A stretch of 60,521 nucleotides of DNA, the filler included, from Sphacelaria rigidula (taxonomy: Eukaryota), in the NCBI GenBank assembly GCA_964200075.2. It is 8 parts of 8 records of this genome, joined end to end, with 100 filler letters (N's around TTAATTAATTAA, not from the genome) between each part and the next. Parts side by side here need not be neighbours in the genome. Positions count along the whole stretch, not along the records: positions 1 to 7,478 come from CAXNAA020014735.1; positions 7,579 to 15,056 come from CAXNAA020014736.1; 6 more parts are not named here. One strand, given 5' to 3'. This document shows positions 1 to 12,510 of the stretch, one piece after another (the stretch's first letter is position 1; each line of letters opens with the position of its first letter). Position numbers and translations under genes: made by a program. The notes below the pieces were generated by a model. The model was not told the origin of the DNA. It saw nothing but the letters and a program-made list of their open reading frames with translations, and ran no database searches.

Positions 1-471
1 GTCATGAGGAGGATATTAGCCTCTTACCATGCCGCCTCAGGTCCGTCGATGAGTCCGGCTTTGCATCTCATCCCAGGCTATTTCCAGACTGCAGGTCTGT
101 TTAGAGTTGGTCAGATACGAGTCTGAACTTGTATATAGCAGGGGTAGTAATGTGAACGGCAACCCCTTGGCAAGTCACTACATCTCATCCCAAGCAAGGA
201 AGTCTAACATCACGGTGAGACTGGCTGATTGAGCGCGAGAGACTGGATACGAAGGAGAGGTTGAGATCAAGCAATCAAGAAGGGATATTATCATACCTAC
301 GCGTGGCATTCTGATACCTTGGACACAAAAATACGAGGGTGGTCGCAGCGTTGAGTACACGCTGCAGAGTGCATATGCCTACTGTACGACTCGGTTATCC
401 GTACATGTGTGGTCGTCGGGCTCGAATTATCATTGCGTATATGACGAACACATGATACTATTATTGTGAGA
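1..471 (+). repeat. LTR of gypsy element 1 (right boundary approximate)
   Basis: Starts GTCATGA and ends near TTGTGAGA (degenerate TG..CA termini). It shares the CGGTGAGACT motif with the solo LTR at 20221-20865. Gag C-terminal homology starts right after ~471. Confidence 0.65.
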
Positions 472-655
472 GATAATTCTTCTCGCGACAACAAACGATC
501 CGCTGATAGACACCAGCGGACGGGACCGACACAAAGCTCGAACCTCAACACCACAAACCCTGGTACCTTCACTAAGGATCGCATAGACCCATGACGTGCC
601 AACGCCGGCGTTTTAGAGTCTTCCGCGCCGCCGACAGCACTTGCGAAGATTTGTT

Positions 656-885
656 CAACACAGCCCGCGGAGCCCGTGACTAAGATTGCTCACCCGACTC
701 CCCCGGCATCATCCAGGAGCGCAACAGACCGGCGTTCAAATCGACCCCCGTCTCCACCCTCCACCCTCCTTCCAACACAGCCTGCAGAGCCCGCGACTAG
801 AATTGCTCGCCCGGCTCCCCCGGCACTATGCAGGAGCGCAACTGACGGCCGTGCATGTCGACCCTCGTCTTCACCCCTCCACATA
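656..885 (+). repeat. 117-bp imperfect tandem repeat (2 copies) between gag end and pol
   Basis: CAACACAGCC..GAGCCCG.GACTA..ATTGCTC.CCCG.CTCCCCCGGCA..AT.CAGGAGCGCAAC begins at 656 and at 773. Confidence 0.85.
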
Positions 886-1330
886 CCGCGTAACAGTTGT
901 GTCACCCCGCGACTGAAACCTACACCCGGCGCTGAACTTGATCCTTCAGTGCCGAGTATAAGTCTGAGGTGTGGGAGCACCAACCGCCAGTCCCTGGGGG
1001 AAAGGCTCTCCTCAGTGACCGCACGCACAGGTAGTAGCAAGCATTTTTCAGCTGGCCAAAGTGCTGCTGGTTTGAACTTGACCAATAAAATAATGTGATT
1101 TCCAATCAGTTGGATCGAGCTCCTCCCTGACGATTTTCAACACGCGCGGGACTACCTTTGGCCGGTTCTAATAACACCCGCTCCAAAACACCTTCGGCTA
1201 TGACCCCCCAGCCGAGCTTGCCCACGGAAAGCCCACAAGCTTCGCTCGGTCATACCCCGATGCTGACCCCATTCACCCGACTGGACGCAGTTGTGATATC
1301 ATTCCAAAATGTTTAGGAAGGCCCCGACCA

Positions 1331-4300
1331 TTGTCACGCCGAAAGAGGAAGCCCCGTAAGCATACCCTCAAGGACGCGCGCGAATCATCACGTACACCTC
1401 TCTCGAGCGGAAAACCTCGACCTCAATCTCTCCAAAATGCGACGACTTTGAGCTTGACGGCCCTATCAAGTATCACAGAAGAAACACAATCAAATATTTC
1501 TGATGCCACTGCTTCTTCCATCGACTCCAACCCCGCACAATCTGGATCCCCATTGGACGGTGATCCCTGTCAACCGAAGACGATCATTTACGAAATCGCA
1601 AATGACCACTCTGCCCGTGCCACACCTGGAAAGGATATAGCGCCTACCCCCTTCCCTGGTGAGAAATCTGACCTACCAGTGGATCACCCGCCGTCTGTTT
1701 TTGCTGTCAGCCCAGTTGACCCTGACCAATTTACCTTGCCGGAACACGGTCCGGACCTTGTCGGCGGTAAAGTGTCCGTGGATCCGGTCACTTTCACTAC
1801 ACGTGTCGCGATCCACTCTGGTCCAAACGCTACCACGCCTACGAAACCCGTATTCTTGTTGGACAGCCCACAGACATTTATTCGAGAATCAACATGGGAA
1901 CACATGACGTAGACTGGCACTGCTACTGCAGCTTGCGAAACCACCACCCAACCTCGAGTATGGGGCGGTTGCGGTGATTCTACCGCACTCCTGACGACAC
2001 GAAAATCCGTACGTGTTAGTGTACGATTTTTCACAACACCACTCGTTCTGCCAGCCTGGCCGTCTGGGCATACATTGTCCCAGCACCATGCATCATGCCA
2101 TATTATTGGACAGAGGTAGCTATATGCGGTTTGATAAACGAATCTACCGCACACTTCCGCCACCATCGCCATACTCCATGCCTCGTGGAGAATTCAACCT
2201 TGTACTCTTTGGTACACTCCACGGCGCCCTGGCCTACCAAAAGAATACGCAAACAATCGGGGCTGCTTAGCACCTACGATACAACGGTAGTACTGGTGTT
2301 ACACTCTCCAAAATCCTCAACTTTTAGAAGTTGCCCTAGTTCGCCGAAATGGCATACCTGCACCTAGGGGTCATTATCTTGCCTAATTGTTACCCCGTAT
2401 CGACGCACCAGCCGACACAGAATATTTTGTCTCGGCGGAAAAACAACTCCTCCCTATTACAGGTCATGCTAACTTGGAACCCGGCGATATTTTAGGGATC
2501 ACCGCTGCTCCCCAGATGTACATTCCACTCGAGACGTGCGTAACAGAGTCTGCCGAGCCCAACGCAACATCGCCGACGGAGTGTCCATTGTGTCGATGAA
2601 CACTACTTCGACCTCGCCTCTGCGACTCCACCCAGGCCTACGCCCTGGATCCTCCTAAGTCAAATCTCGGTCCTCTTGCTGAAGTGCTTGAACGCTTATC
2701 ACCAGATTCTCGGAATAGTTTTTGCAAATGTGGAACCAACTGCCGCCACACATGCGTGATATCAAGTTTGACCTTCACGGACCCGTCTGAGAACCAGCAG
2801 TCATCCGAGAACTCAGTGATGTCCTGCGACAGTACCAAGGCCGATTTTCCCGATCCAAGACGGATCTTGGGCACTGCAAAACGCTGCCCTTTGAGGTTAC
2901 ACTCCAACCCGGCGTCTCGCCAATCTCTTCTCGACCATACCGGACAAACCTAATCCTTACCGAAACAGTAAATGCTTTGGATGCAGATTTGGGAGCGGGA
3001 TAAATACAATATCCCTCCTCTCCTTGGGCCTCGCCACTTGTGGTCGTTCCCAAAAAGGATGGTAACATACGCATAGCCGTGAATTATCAACGGTTGAACC
3101 GCGTCACTGTGGTTGGTAAACTTCCAGTCCCCCGCATTGACGAAGTCTTCGACTCCTTAAGCGAAGGAAAAATATTCAGCACCTTCGACCTCGCCTCTGG
3201 ATTTTTCCAGAAAGCTATCCACCCTGACACAGTCTCACTTACGGCCGTTTGCACCTTGTCCGGGCTCTACGAGTGACTTGGAATGCCACAAGGCGCTGCC
3301 ACTGCTCCGGGGTACTTTCAACGTTTGATCCAACGCGTCACCGAGGGCCTCGAGCACATCATGTGCCTAGAAGATGACGCTGTCGTTTTCGATGCCTCAC
3401 CTATTGCACACATCCGCACTCTACGAGAAGTTCCCTCTTGCCTACGAACACAAAACTTGAAATTGTCTTCATCCAAAGCTTGCCTTGGTGCGACTGACTT
3501 GGATTTCCTGGGGCATTCCATTTCGCCAGTAGGCCTACATCAGGATACAGATAAAGCCAGTGAGATGACTGACTTGCCGATGCCAACCAACATTTCTCAA
3601 CTTCGCTCATTGTTGGGCGGACCATCCTACTACCGCAATTTTTTGCCGAATTTATCCAAACGGATTCGCCCCCCCTTACTGAGTTACTCAAGAAAGAAAC
3701 CGTGTTGACCTTCACCATCAATATGGAGAATATCACCCGCGAATTGCTGGAAACGCTTACCGAAAAGCCGATACTCTGTTTTCCTGATTGGGGGGCAGTA
3801 CAAGATGGCTCTCGCCTTTTCCAACTCCACACTGACGCCAGCACAGACGGATTTGGAGAAGTTTTGAATCAACCTCAGGTTGATGGCTCCATTCGACCCA
3901 TCCTCTACATCAGGCGCGCCACCCTGCCCAACGAGGCCAACTGGAGCCCGCTACAATCGAAAGGCGGAGTAGTCATCTGGGCCATTAAGCGCCTTCGACA
4001 ATATCTGTTTGACGTGCCCTTTGAGATCTACACGGATCATGGGGCACTCGAACAACTTGCCAAGGTTGGCGACCACATCTCGCGTGTACAACGCTGGTTG
4101 GAGTTTCTAACAGCATGCCAGTATATCATTAAGCACCGTCTGAGCAAAACCAACGGGGACGCCGATCTTCTTTCCCGACTACCCCTGCCGCCTACGGCCG
4201 CAGATTTCAGCCCGGCTTGCCGTTTAATGCAACCCGATGACCCTGGAATTTACCCTAGTAGACGTTTTTCAACGCCCGTTTATGACCTTGATCTTCAGTG

Positions 4301-6667
4301 CCCAGAAACTGGTATGCACATGGGAGGACCTCGCCCTCTCCCATATAACGCCGTCTTGGGTGGGTTAAAGCCCACTACCTCCGATTTTGTCGATTTCCGC
4401 ACTTTTGGTGCTCGCGCGAAGCTTTTCACGGATACACCTTCGGCCATCCACCTAAGCTCCGACGACACGCGCTCCCAGTCTGCCGCCCGCACCATCCCCC
4501 CGAGTGCCCCGCCGCCACCGATAACACCTACAAACTCCACGAGTCACGCAGCACCGGTCCCACGGACCAGCACGCAACGCTCCGCGAAAACTACTGCGAC
4601 GTGCACCACACGCCGCGGACAATCTTCGCCGCGCACTGCTACAACCTCGCCGCCCATGACAGCGCCACCAACATCTTCTGCTCCCGAGCATGGAGCCGAC
4701 GACTCAGCCCCTGCTCCCGGGGCAGATATCGACATCAATATTTCTGCCCCGTCGCCTATTCCCCCGCTGGCTACCCCACCATATTTGATCGACTCTCAAG
4801 CGGAAGATCAACTGCGCGGGTTCCTCGCCAGCTACTCTCACCGCGATTGGGCTCGCGAACGAAACGCAGAACCTCCATGTCGCGCGGCCATCCGGTACTT
4901 ACAGTTTGATTGTCCAGTACCTTTTCCATCCGCCCTCCTGGCCCCGTTTGGCATGGAAGTTTCCACCCGCTTCTGAATTCGGCGATGCTTCAAATGCCAA
5001 GCTCGAAACAATTCACGGCAGACAGTAAGCTGGCCCGTCATCTCTATGGGACTCCCCAACGCCCTGGGCCACCTTGTGTTCTTTGACTACTCTGGCCCTC
5101 TACCGACCACAGGTCGCGGCAATACCTACATCTTATACTTTTCACGAACCGCTTTAGCCGCCACGCGTCCATGTGCGCGGTAACCGCTGCAGATTTCACT
5201 GCCGCCGGAACGGCCGATATATTGGTCAATGACTACATCAAGCACTACGGTTGTCCGAAACGACTCCTTTCAGCCAATGGTCAGAAATTTTGCTCAGGTC
5301 TTTCTGATGAGCTTTCCAAGCTCTTGGGCATCCGCCAAATTGCCACGAGCGCCTACCACTCGAACGGTAATGGTGGTACCGAAAGCGTTAATCATACCAT
5401 GACCCAGATGCTCTCTATGGTCGTCAATGATCGCCAAAATAACTGAGACCTACATCTCTCGCACACTATGTTGTCATACAACAATTCGGTTAACGCCACC
5501 ACAGGCCTTTCTCCGAACAAACTTCATCTTGGACGTTACCCTCGGCTGCCCACCACCGTGTTTGAGCGGCACACATTCGATGGCCACCAAGGATTGGATC
5601 AGGATCAGATATCCTATCACGAACTAGCGCATTCACGATAACACAAAGCGTTTACCCTCGTGCGCGAACAACACGCTATCAACGCCTCGCGCCTTGAGAG
5701 ATCTAATGCTGCTCTCTACAACCTCATGCACAAACGCCCCAACTGGAAAGTTGGTGATCGGGTTTGGATCTACAACAGTTTGTCGACTATCCGCCAAGGC
5801 ACCAGCAAGGCAGCCAACGAAACAATGTTGGAGAAAAAATTGTCCTGCAAATGGACAGGACCAATCAAGATCCTGACATTCGGGCCATTGCCATCATCAC
5901 CGGATGATAAACCTGTTGGTGACAAACTGCTCTATCTCGACCTGCCTCGCGATCTCCAGGGCAAGGACACCAAACCCCGCGTCTCCGTGCACAGACGCAA
6001 ACCCTGCACGAACCCGCACTATACAAGCAACATACCCAAGTACTTGCCTGTCGGACTCACACAGTACGTTCTCAACAGCTACTCGACCAAGTCCCCGCCC
6101 TATCGTGTTACCACCGATGACGTGACGGAACAGCCCCTCCGATTGACCGTGTCTGCCATCTCCGGCAACCAGATAACCCGTGGTCGAGGTGGCAAAATTG
6201 CTGTCATGTGTCAGACCCACTGACAAGATCTTCGGAGAACGTCTTGAGAACGCGAATCTGACCTTCAGTTGCACCGCCGTGCAATCCTCTTGTACTGGAC
6301 GCAATCCCAACATCAGCATCTTGCTCACAACAATAAATATCGCAATAGGCATCGTGGTGCAGCAGCCCGCGAACTTTTCCGCGATCGAGGACCACGCTTT
6401 GTCGCCAATTGCTACGAATTTGTGCCCACCAAGACTTGTAAGGCGAAGTTCTTTGCAAACCAGCGGATAGTACCCAAGGGCAGCTACCTTTGGTGTAGAG
6501 GCGGCGATAACCTCTGGTGGTTGGGTCAGATCCACTCCGCTAACCTGGTTTCTGCCGACACATACATCGTGCGCTTCATCGATGACCCTGGACCCATACA
6601 GCTCCAGCTCCGGTCAGCACAGTACACCGCCAGCCCATCTGCACCACGCAGACCTTGGTGTCTTTAG
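1331..6667 (+). pseudogene. Gypsy pol (protease, RT, RNase H, integrase, chromo-like and extra C-terminal domain) with many stops and frameshifts
   Basis: PR: FLLDS-PQTF (~1855, DSG glycine deleted). RT: VVPKKDG..PRIDE..FDLASGFFQ..MPQG..CLEDD (3040-3700). RH: LHTDAS..YTDH..DADLLSRL (3820-4190). IN: CFKCQ, GCPKRLLSANG..YHSNGNGGTE, KVGDRVW..KWTGP (4980-6000). Confidence 0.93.
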
Positions 6668-7351
6668 CGACTGAAGTCCAAAAACCTTCGCCGCGGTATC
6701 CAGCGCGACATCGACCATACCCACGAAGTCCACGCACCGCTTTGAACCACGCTCCTGCACTGCAGCTTTTCTTCCCTTCTTTGATACTTTTTGCTCTCCC
6801 TTCTTCACTAGGACCCGACTCTACGACATCCACAACAGGACCACCTACATCGGACGGCGATCGGAGACTACTAGGCTCAATACACTTTCTACGACTACTG
6901 GAGCTCTAGTATCCCCTTTTGGCTGGCGCTCGGTCTCGTTGGATCACTGATTTTCAGATTTTGTTTCCCTTGCTTCCGACCAAAATGCGTCGGTCGCATA
7001 CTGATCTTGCCGTCTTCTCTTTGGAATCCCCCAGATGAAAGCTCTGCTTCCTGTCGTACCTCCCGGGTTTCCCCCTTCGTTTTTCTAGGACGCCGAAGCC
7101 ACTTGTGCTTCTTCGTTCATCGCTAGCACGCAGAAGCAGTTTGTGCTCCCGCGTTTCGAAGCAGTTTTTTCTGCTCCTCGAAGCAGTATATGCTTCCCTT
7201 ATTTTTGAGGTGTGGGAATGGGTACGGGAGTGTTTCCTTAGGTGTGCCGTATTAGCCGCTCATGACTTTACGAGTAAAGAAACCTTACTTTTCGTTGTTT
7301 TTAAGGCAAAATCCTCGCAGCTGCCATAAAGGTTCGTCTGGGTGGGTGACG

Positions 7352-7478
7352 GTCATGAGGAGGATATTAGCCTCTTACCATGCCGCCTCAGGTCCGTCGA
7401 TGAGTCCGGCTTTGCATCTCATCCCAGGCTATTTCCAGACTGCAGGTCTGTTTAGAGTTGGTCAGATACGAGTCTGAA
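7352..7478 (+). repeat. Start of 3' LTR / terminal redundancy of contig 1
   Basis: Exact 127-bp copy of bases 1-127, ending at the gap. Confidence 0.95.
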
Positions 7479-7578
7479 NNNNNNNNNNNNNNNNNNNNNN
7501 NNNNNNNNNNNNNNNNNNNNNNTTAATTAATTAANNNNNNNNNNNNNNNNNNNNNNNNNNNNNNNNNNNNNNNNNNNN
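7479..7578. other. Artificial 100-bp contig linker (N-TTAATTAATTAA-N); also at 15057-15156, 22635-22734, 30213-30312, 37791-37890, 45368-45467, 52945-53044
   Basis: Identical six-frame-stop linker, recurring every 7,577-7,578 bp. Confidence 0.98.
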
Positions 7579-9940
7579 CCCCGTCTCGAAAGGGAGGCGT
7601 GGTCAAGAGGCAAATGGCTAAGGCAACCAAAAAATAAGTACGCCCCCCCCCCCCCCCACTCTTCCGCGCGTGTCCCGTCCTCCTCGCTCTTGTCTTTTTT
7701 CAACGCTTACCTTTTTTGCGGGTCCTTCGCACGCAACGCGTCGCAGCAATCGTGTTCAACCTGATCGTGTACGTCAAAATCGTGGGCGTGGTGCGCAGGT
7801 GCAGTGCAACATTAACGTGGAAGCATAAGCGGGGGCCCCGTACAAAGGCTTAAACCCCCAAATTATTATCAAGTCAGGCGTACTGTACTCTTTTGCTCTG
7901 AGCTATACTGTGGTGTACTCTGCTATATACGTCGGGTCACCAGGAGGCGATATTTTCGAGTTTTATTTTTTATTTTGTGTGTGTATGTAATTACTCACTG
8001 CTGTTTTGTGCTGTTTAATGTGGAAAGGAATAGATATTTTTCGTGCTGTTTGATGTTGGAAGGAATCCTTATTTATTTGTGCGGGGGCAGAGAGTTGAGG
8101 TGGGCGTGGGTATAGTGGCCAAGGCGCCTGTGTATCACTTTTGGGGAGATTCATTTGTTCCCTCCGGTGTAATTAAATACCGTGATCCATGTGTACCGTT
8201 CATCGTTAGTCTTGAGTATTCGCGGCGCATGTTATGAAGAACAGTGACGATAAATGTTTTGCTTGAGAGTAAGAACTCACGGTCTGCTCCCTCGTAGACG
8301 ACAGCAAACACCGTAAAATGTTGTTACCCCGTAAGACACGTTGTCATCACAATTTTTTGGTGGACATGGCTGAGCCGATATCGTGCACTCCCGTACGGTG
8401 GTTGACCACTACTCTAGCACGGTGTTAGACAGACATGTCGTACTATGGCGCAAACAGTACAACACAGCACCCTCCCGAGTGAAACGGCTTTTCATCTCGA
8501 TTCCCCCCAATAAATGAGGTCCCTTTTCAATACCAAAAGATCCCTGTGGCCACGAAAGATCTCAACGAGCCGTTTCCCCAAGGGCGCAATCTTGCTTCCG
8601 AGTACACTACGCTCGGGCGACGTGACCGCCGCATTTCTACGAGAAAATCGATGATGAGAAAAGCTTCTCAGGGTAAGCAGGGGTGCTATGATCTGTATGT
8701 GGCACCCTTGGCATTCTGACTCGAGGACGTGGGTGCGGTGTTTGGGTGCGTTAACTTCGCAAGTTGAACAAACGGGCAGGAGAAAAGATGAAATACATGA
8801 CCACACGAAAAAAAAGCTTGATGGCCTGTCCGGCATTCATGACCAAGCCGTAGAAAAGCTGCCCCCTATTTACGAGGACACAGTACGGGGACCACGTGTT
8901 CATGACGCTATACTGGGGGGGGGGGTGGTTTTCCGTGAGCGCTTCATCTCATGTCCCTGAGTTTCAGGCGGTGTCTTGCCGGTACGACAAGAATTACATT
9001 TCGAAATTATATCTATCATGTGATCACTGCTGGGATCCGGGGGGGGGGTCAGTGAAAGTGCGACAATCAATCATTCGCATGTGACTGGCCGCGGCGATAC
9101 CACCCCCCCCAAAAAAAGAAGAAGAAAGAAGTTAATGACCCTCTAATATGTCTTCTGGTTTCGGGGCTGTGTGTTGTCTGAAAAGTCATGTTGGAATTTT
9201 CCAGAATCATTTCGACTGTTTCAGAAATCACTTTCCTCGAACGAGAGGGAATGTATAAGTGAAGCGCAACTGCTGTACACCCCCCATCACATGCACTGCA
9301 TCACGCCACTCGAGAGAGAAGCATCTATAACTCATCGCTCTCATTCAGTGCATAGCGGCCGACGTCGTGTGCCTGGCACCTTGGATCTTTCGCGAGGCTA
9401 CGGTCGATGGTCAAACGACTAAGCGTGGAAGTCTCCATGGAGAGAACCTAAATCCCTCTCGACGGACAAAATCGGCCTGCCGCGCCTGCTGCCGTACTTT
9501 CGCTGACGACTGTTGTTGCGCCGAACGCCTGGTGGCGGGGCTCCAAAAAGGGACCAATCGTTTTGGCAGGACGAGTAGTAGTAGTGAAAAGTAATGTACT
9601 GATGTTGAAAGAAAATAAGGAAAAAAGTCGTCGATCACAGTAGAATCTGAGTCGAAGCCACCAATATCTATTGCTGGCTACAATAGGAGCTGAAGGGCGT
9701 CATCACTATTATAGCTGTGTATGCACATTTTTCGGTATATGTTTCCACCTTACTTCACAGAAGCTATAGCCAGCTATCGCCTCAGGTAGTCGCGTGTTCA
9801 TATGTGAGAGGTATTGCCGTTGATGCCATAGAACCACTACAGTAAGCAATATATTTATCAAAACCTATCGTTGGCGTCACTGGCTATCGATAGATGCTAC
9901 CTGAAACAATCGATTGTTGACGGCAATGACTTCATTGATA

Positions 9941-10150
9941 GATACCCCATAATCCATTTTTGGCGGCAGAGGTTATCGATAGATTGTTCACCAAATCTAT
10001 ATGTGACGGAAAAGGCTACGGATGAACGGCCCTCTCACGAAATCGATACCCCATAATCCATTTTTGGCGGCAGAGGTTATCGATAGATTGTTCACCAAAT
10101 CTATATATAACGGAAAAGGCTACGGATGAACGGCTCTCTCTCACGAAATC
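9941..10150. repeat. ~104-bp tandem duplication in an ATCGAT-rich repeat
   Basis: GATACCCCATAATCC...CTCACGAAATC begins at 9941 and at 10045. Confidence 0.9.
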
Positions 10151-10784
10151 TTTTGATGATGGCAATTGCTATCGATAGATGGCTCACCAAATCTATTGAT
10201 GACGGCAATGACCATCGATAAATACACCCCAGAATCTATTGCGGTATACGATATACATCGGTGGCCAGTGATCTTAATCTACTGTAACTGCCATAGGCTA
10301 TCCATCGACTATTGCAACATGTGTTGTCCCTTGCAATACATATCATTGTTTGTGTGTCATCATCTATCTATTCTGTTCGACAACATAAATCGATAGGTTT
10401 TCTCCCGCGTCTGTTGCTGAAAGCAATGGGCCATTATTTTGTCCATTGTCCAGAATGTGAATTGAATCATGATTGCGAATGTGCATGTTGGATTCTTTTT
10501 TCTTTTTCCTCGTCTCGATGAGACACGGCCTCGACACAAAAAAAAATTGGGAAAAAAAAAATCCAAAATTTCGCAATCATCAGGATTGGAAATGACCACC
10601 CCCCACCCCCTACGAACCCCCCTTTGGGGCCCGATTTTTTCAACAAATACACGTAAATTTGTTTTTAATTAGTATGTTGCCGCAATGTGCCGTGTTGGTT
10701 TTGAGGCTAGGTCTTGAGGTGTCAAACACATTCTACCCAAGCAAACCGCGTCTCACTACCCAAGCTCAACGCAACCCAATGTGT

Positions 10785-11134
10785 CACAGGCACCGTAGGT
10801 ATGGTAGGTACCCGGTACCGGTATTCGGGACATCACATATCGTACCGATACCGGTTCAATCCGGTATTTTCAAAACTTATACCTACGATACCTACTATAC
10901 CACGGTATTTCGAGATTTCAATACCTACCGTACCCGCTCAATCCGGTATTTTCAAAACTTATACCTACGATACCTACTATACCACGGTATTTCGAGATTT
11001 CAATACCTACCGTACCCGCTCAATCCGGTATTTTCAAAACTCATACCTACGATACCTACGCATACCACGGTATGGGATACCCCGGTAAATACCGAGGGTA
11101 CGCTCGGCACGGTACCTTACCTCCGGTGCCTGTG
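10785..11134. mobile_element. MITE, P- or hAT-like (8-bp TSD), with internal 82-bp tandem repeats
   Basis: 17-bp TIR CACAGGCACCG(T/G)AGGTA with 1 mismatch. TSD is CAATGTGT/CAATGTTT. The 82-bp unit starts at 10856, 10938 and 11020. Confidence 0.85.
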
Positions 11135-11997
11135 CAATGTTTTCAAGAAATGCGGAAGGGGACCACACTCGCTGAAAGGTTTACTGTACAATCTGTACAG
11201 GTCGACGTCCAGCTTCGGCACGTGTTTTTGTTTGACCTTTCTCTGGTGTCCGTACAATAATCAAATCTTAACCAAACTGTACACTAAAATTAAGTAGTCT
11301 ACTGCTACACTGACGTCAAGTAGTTTACATCCACACCAGAGTCAAGTGGTCTACCACCACACTAAAGATCAAGTACTTGGTACAGACCTGCCGCCCGACG
11401 CCCAACCCCCCCCCCCCGAGCCCTGTTTTTATCATTTTTTTCAACGTTGGGGGGTTCTATTCCTTAAAAAATAAAACTGATGGACCCTTGATCCTAGTGG
11501 TATATATGGATATTGGCGCAGACAGCAACGATTCGCGATGCTGTCACCAACTGATAGTCGCGCCACACCCGTCTCCCGGATCTCACAAACCTCTAATTCA
11601 ATCCATACACCGTTATTGCCACTTCGCCGCAGATGCACTTGCCCTTGCACCTCACTACCTCTCCCACACTGAACTGCACCACCTGACTCATCACGGTGAA
11701 TCGTGCAGGCCAACGTGTTCTGAAATAACGTCCAGACTGCAACCTCCCCCCCCCCTTTTTTTTCTGTTCCTTCTTTTTCTCAGAGCGTGTTTCAGTTTCG
11801 TTTTTCTTGGGGACGTCTATTATGAGACCACGGCTGGACCCCTGGGAGGTCAGTTAAAATTTACACAATCAATCAATCATTCATTCATTCAATCAATCAA
11901 CCACCATGAACACCTGGGGATATTATTCCCGCTCCTGCACAAAACATCGATTTTTCCCGAACACAGAATCGGCCCCTTTTGTTTCACGTCTCGATGA

Positions 11998-12510
11998 GGC
12001 CGCTCCTTACAGCAAACAAATTAAAAGCCCTGCAAGAACGCCTTTTCAGTCCTTCTTTGTCGTTTTACGCCCTAAAAGAGAGTTGGGCGGAGTTTGACAC
12101 CGTGGAGTCACTTGCTCTACTCGTTGAGGCGGTTCCAGGACATCTTCACGTTTTCTGGTGGCCGCAGTTTTCACTTCGGCCATACAAGCATTTTTGTCCA
12201 GTGACGGCCAAGTCCAGAGAAAAATGACAGCCTTTTGTAGATGTGACCGTTCTTGGCCGTTCTTGGACAACGATGCAAATTTGGCCGAAATAAAAATTGC
12301 GGCCACCGGACAACGCGAACATGTCCGGGAACCGTCTCAACGAGTAGAGCAAGTCATTCGAACGTGTGAAGCTCTGCCTAGTTTTCTTTTAGTTTTCTTT
12401 TAGTTTTCTTTTAGTTCTCTTTTAGTTCTCTTTTAGGGCGTAAAACGATGAAGAAGGACCGAAAAGACCTTTTCACAGGACTCTTCTTTTGTTTGTTATA
12501 AGAAGCAGCC
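11998..12510. mobile_element. PIF/Harbinger-type foldback MITE
   Basis: Inverted arms of ~215 bp, starting GGC and ending GCC, with a 3-bp TGA TSD. The empty-site sequence CGTCTCGATGAGACACGGCC is present at 10511-10530. Confidence 0.88.

Larger units (their letters stand above)
1..7478 (+). mobile_element. Ty3/gypsy LTR retrotransposon, decayed, lacking PBS and nearly all of gag
   Basis: Domain order is PR-RT-RH-IN. Bases 1-127 are identical to 7352-7478, which follow a G-rich PPT-like tract (7331-7350). It is collinear and homologous with the element at 45529-52944. Confidence 0.93.

Noticed and set aside
1..7478. Very recent insertion inferred from identical LTRs
   Set aside because: The identity spans exactly the 127-bp contig-end overlap, and pol and the LTR termini are decayed.
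7523..7534. TTAATTAATTAA motif as a biological site
   Set aside because: It is an assembly linker embedded in N-runs.
10659..11297. 212-aa ORF with Tyr/Thr-rich repeats
   Set aside because: It reads through an 82-bp (non-triplet) repeat inside a MITE.
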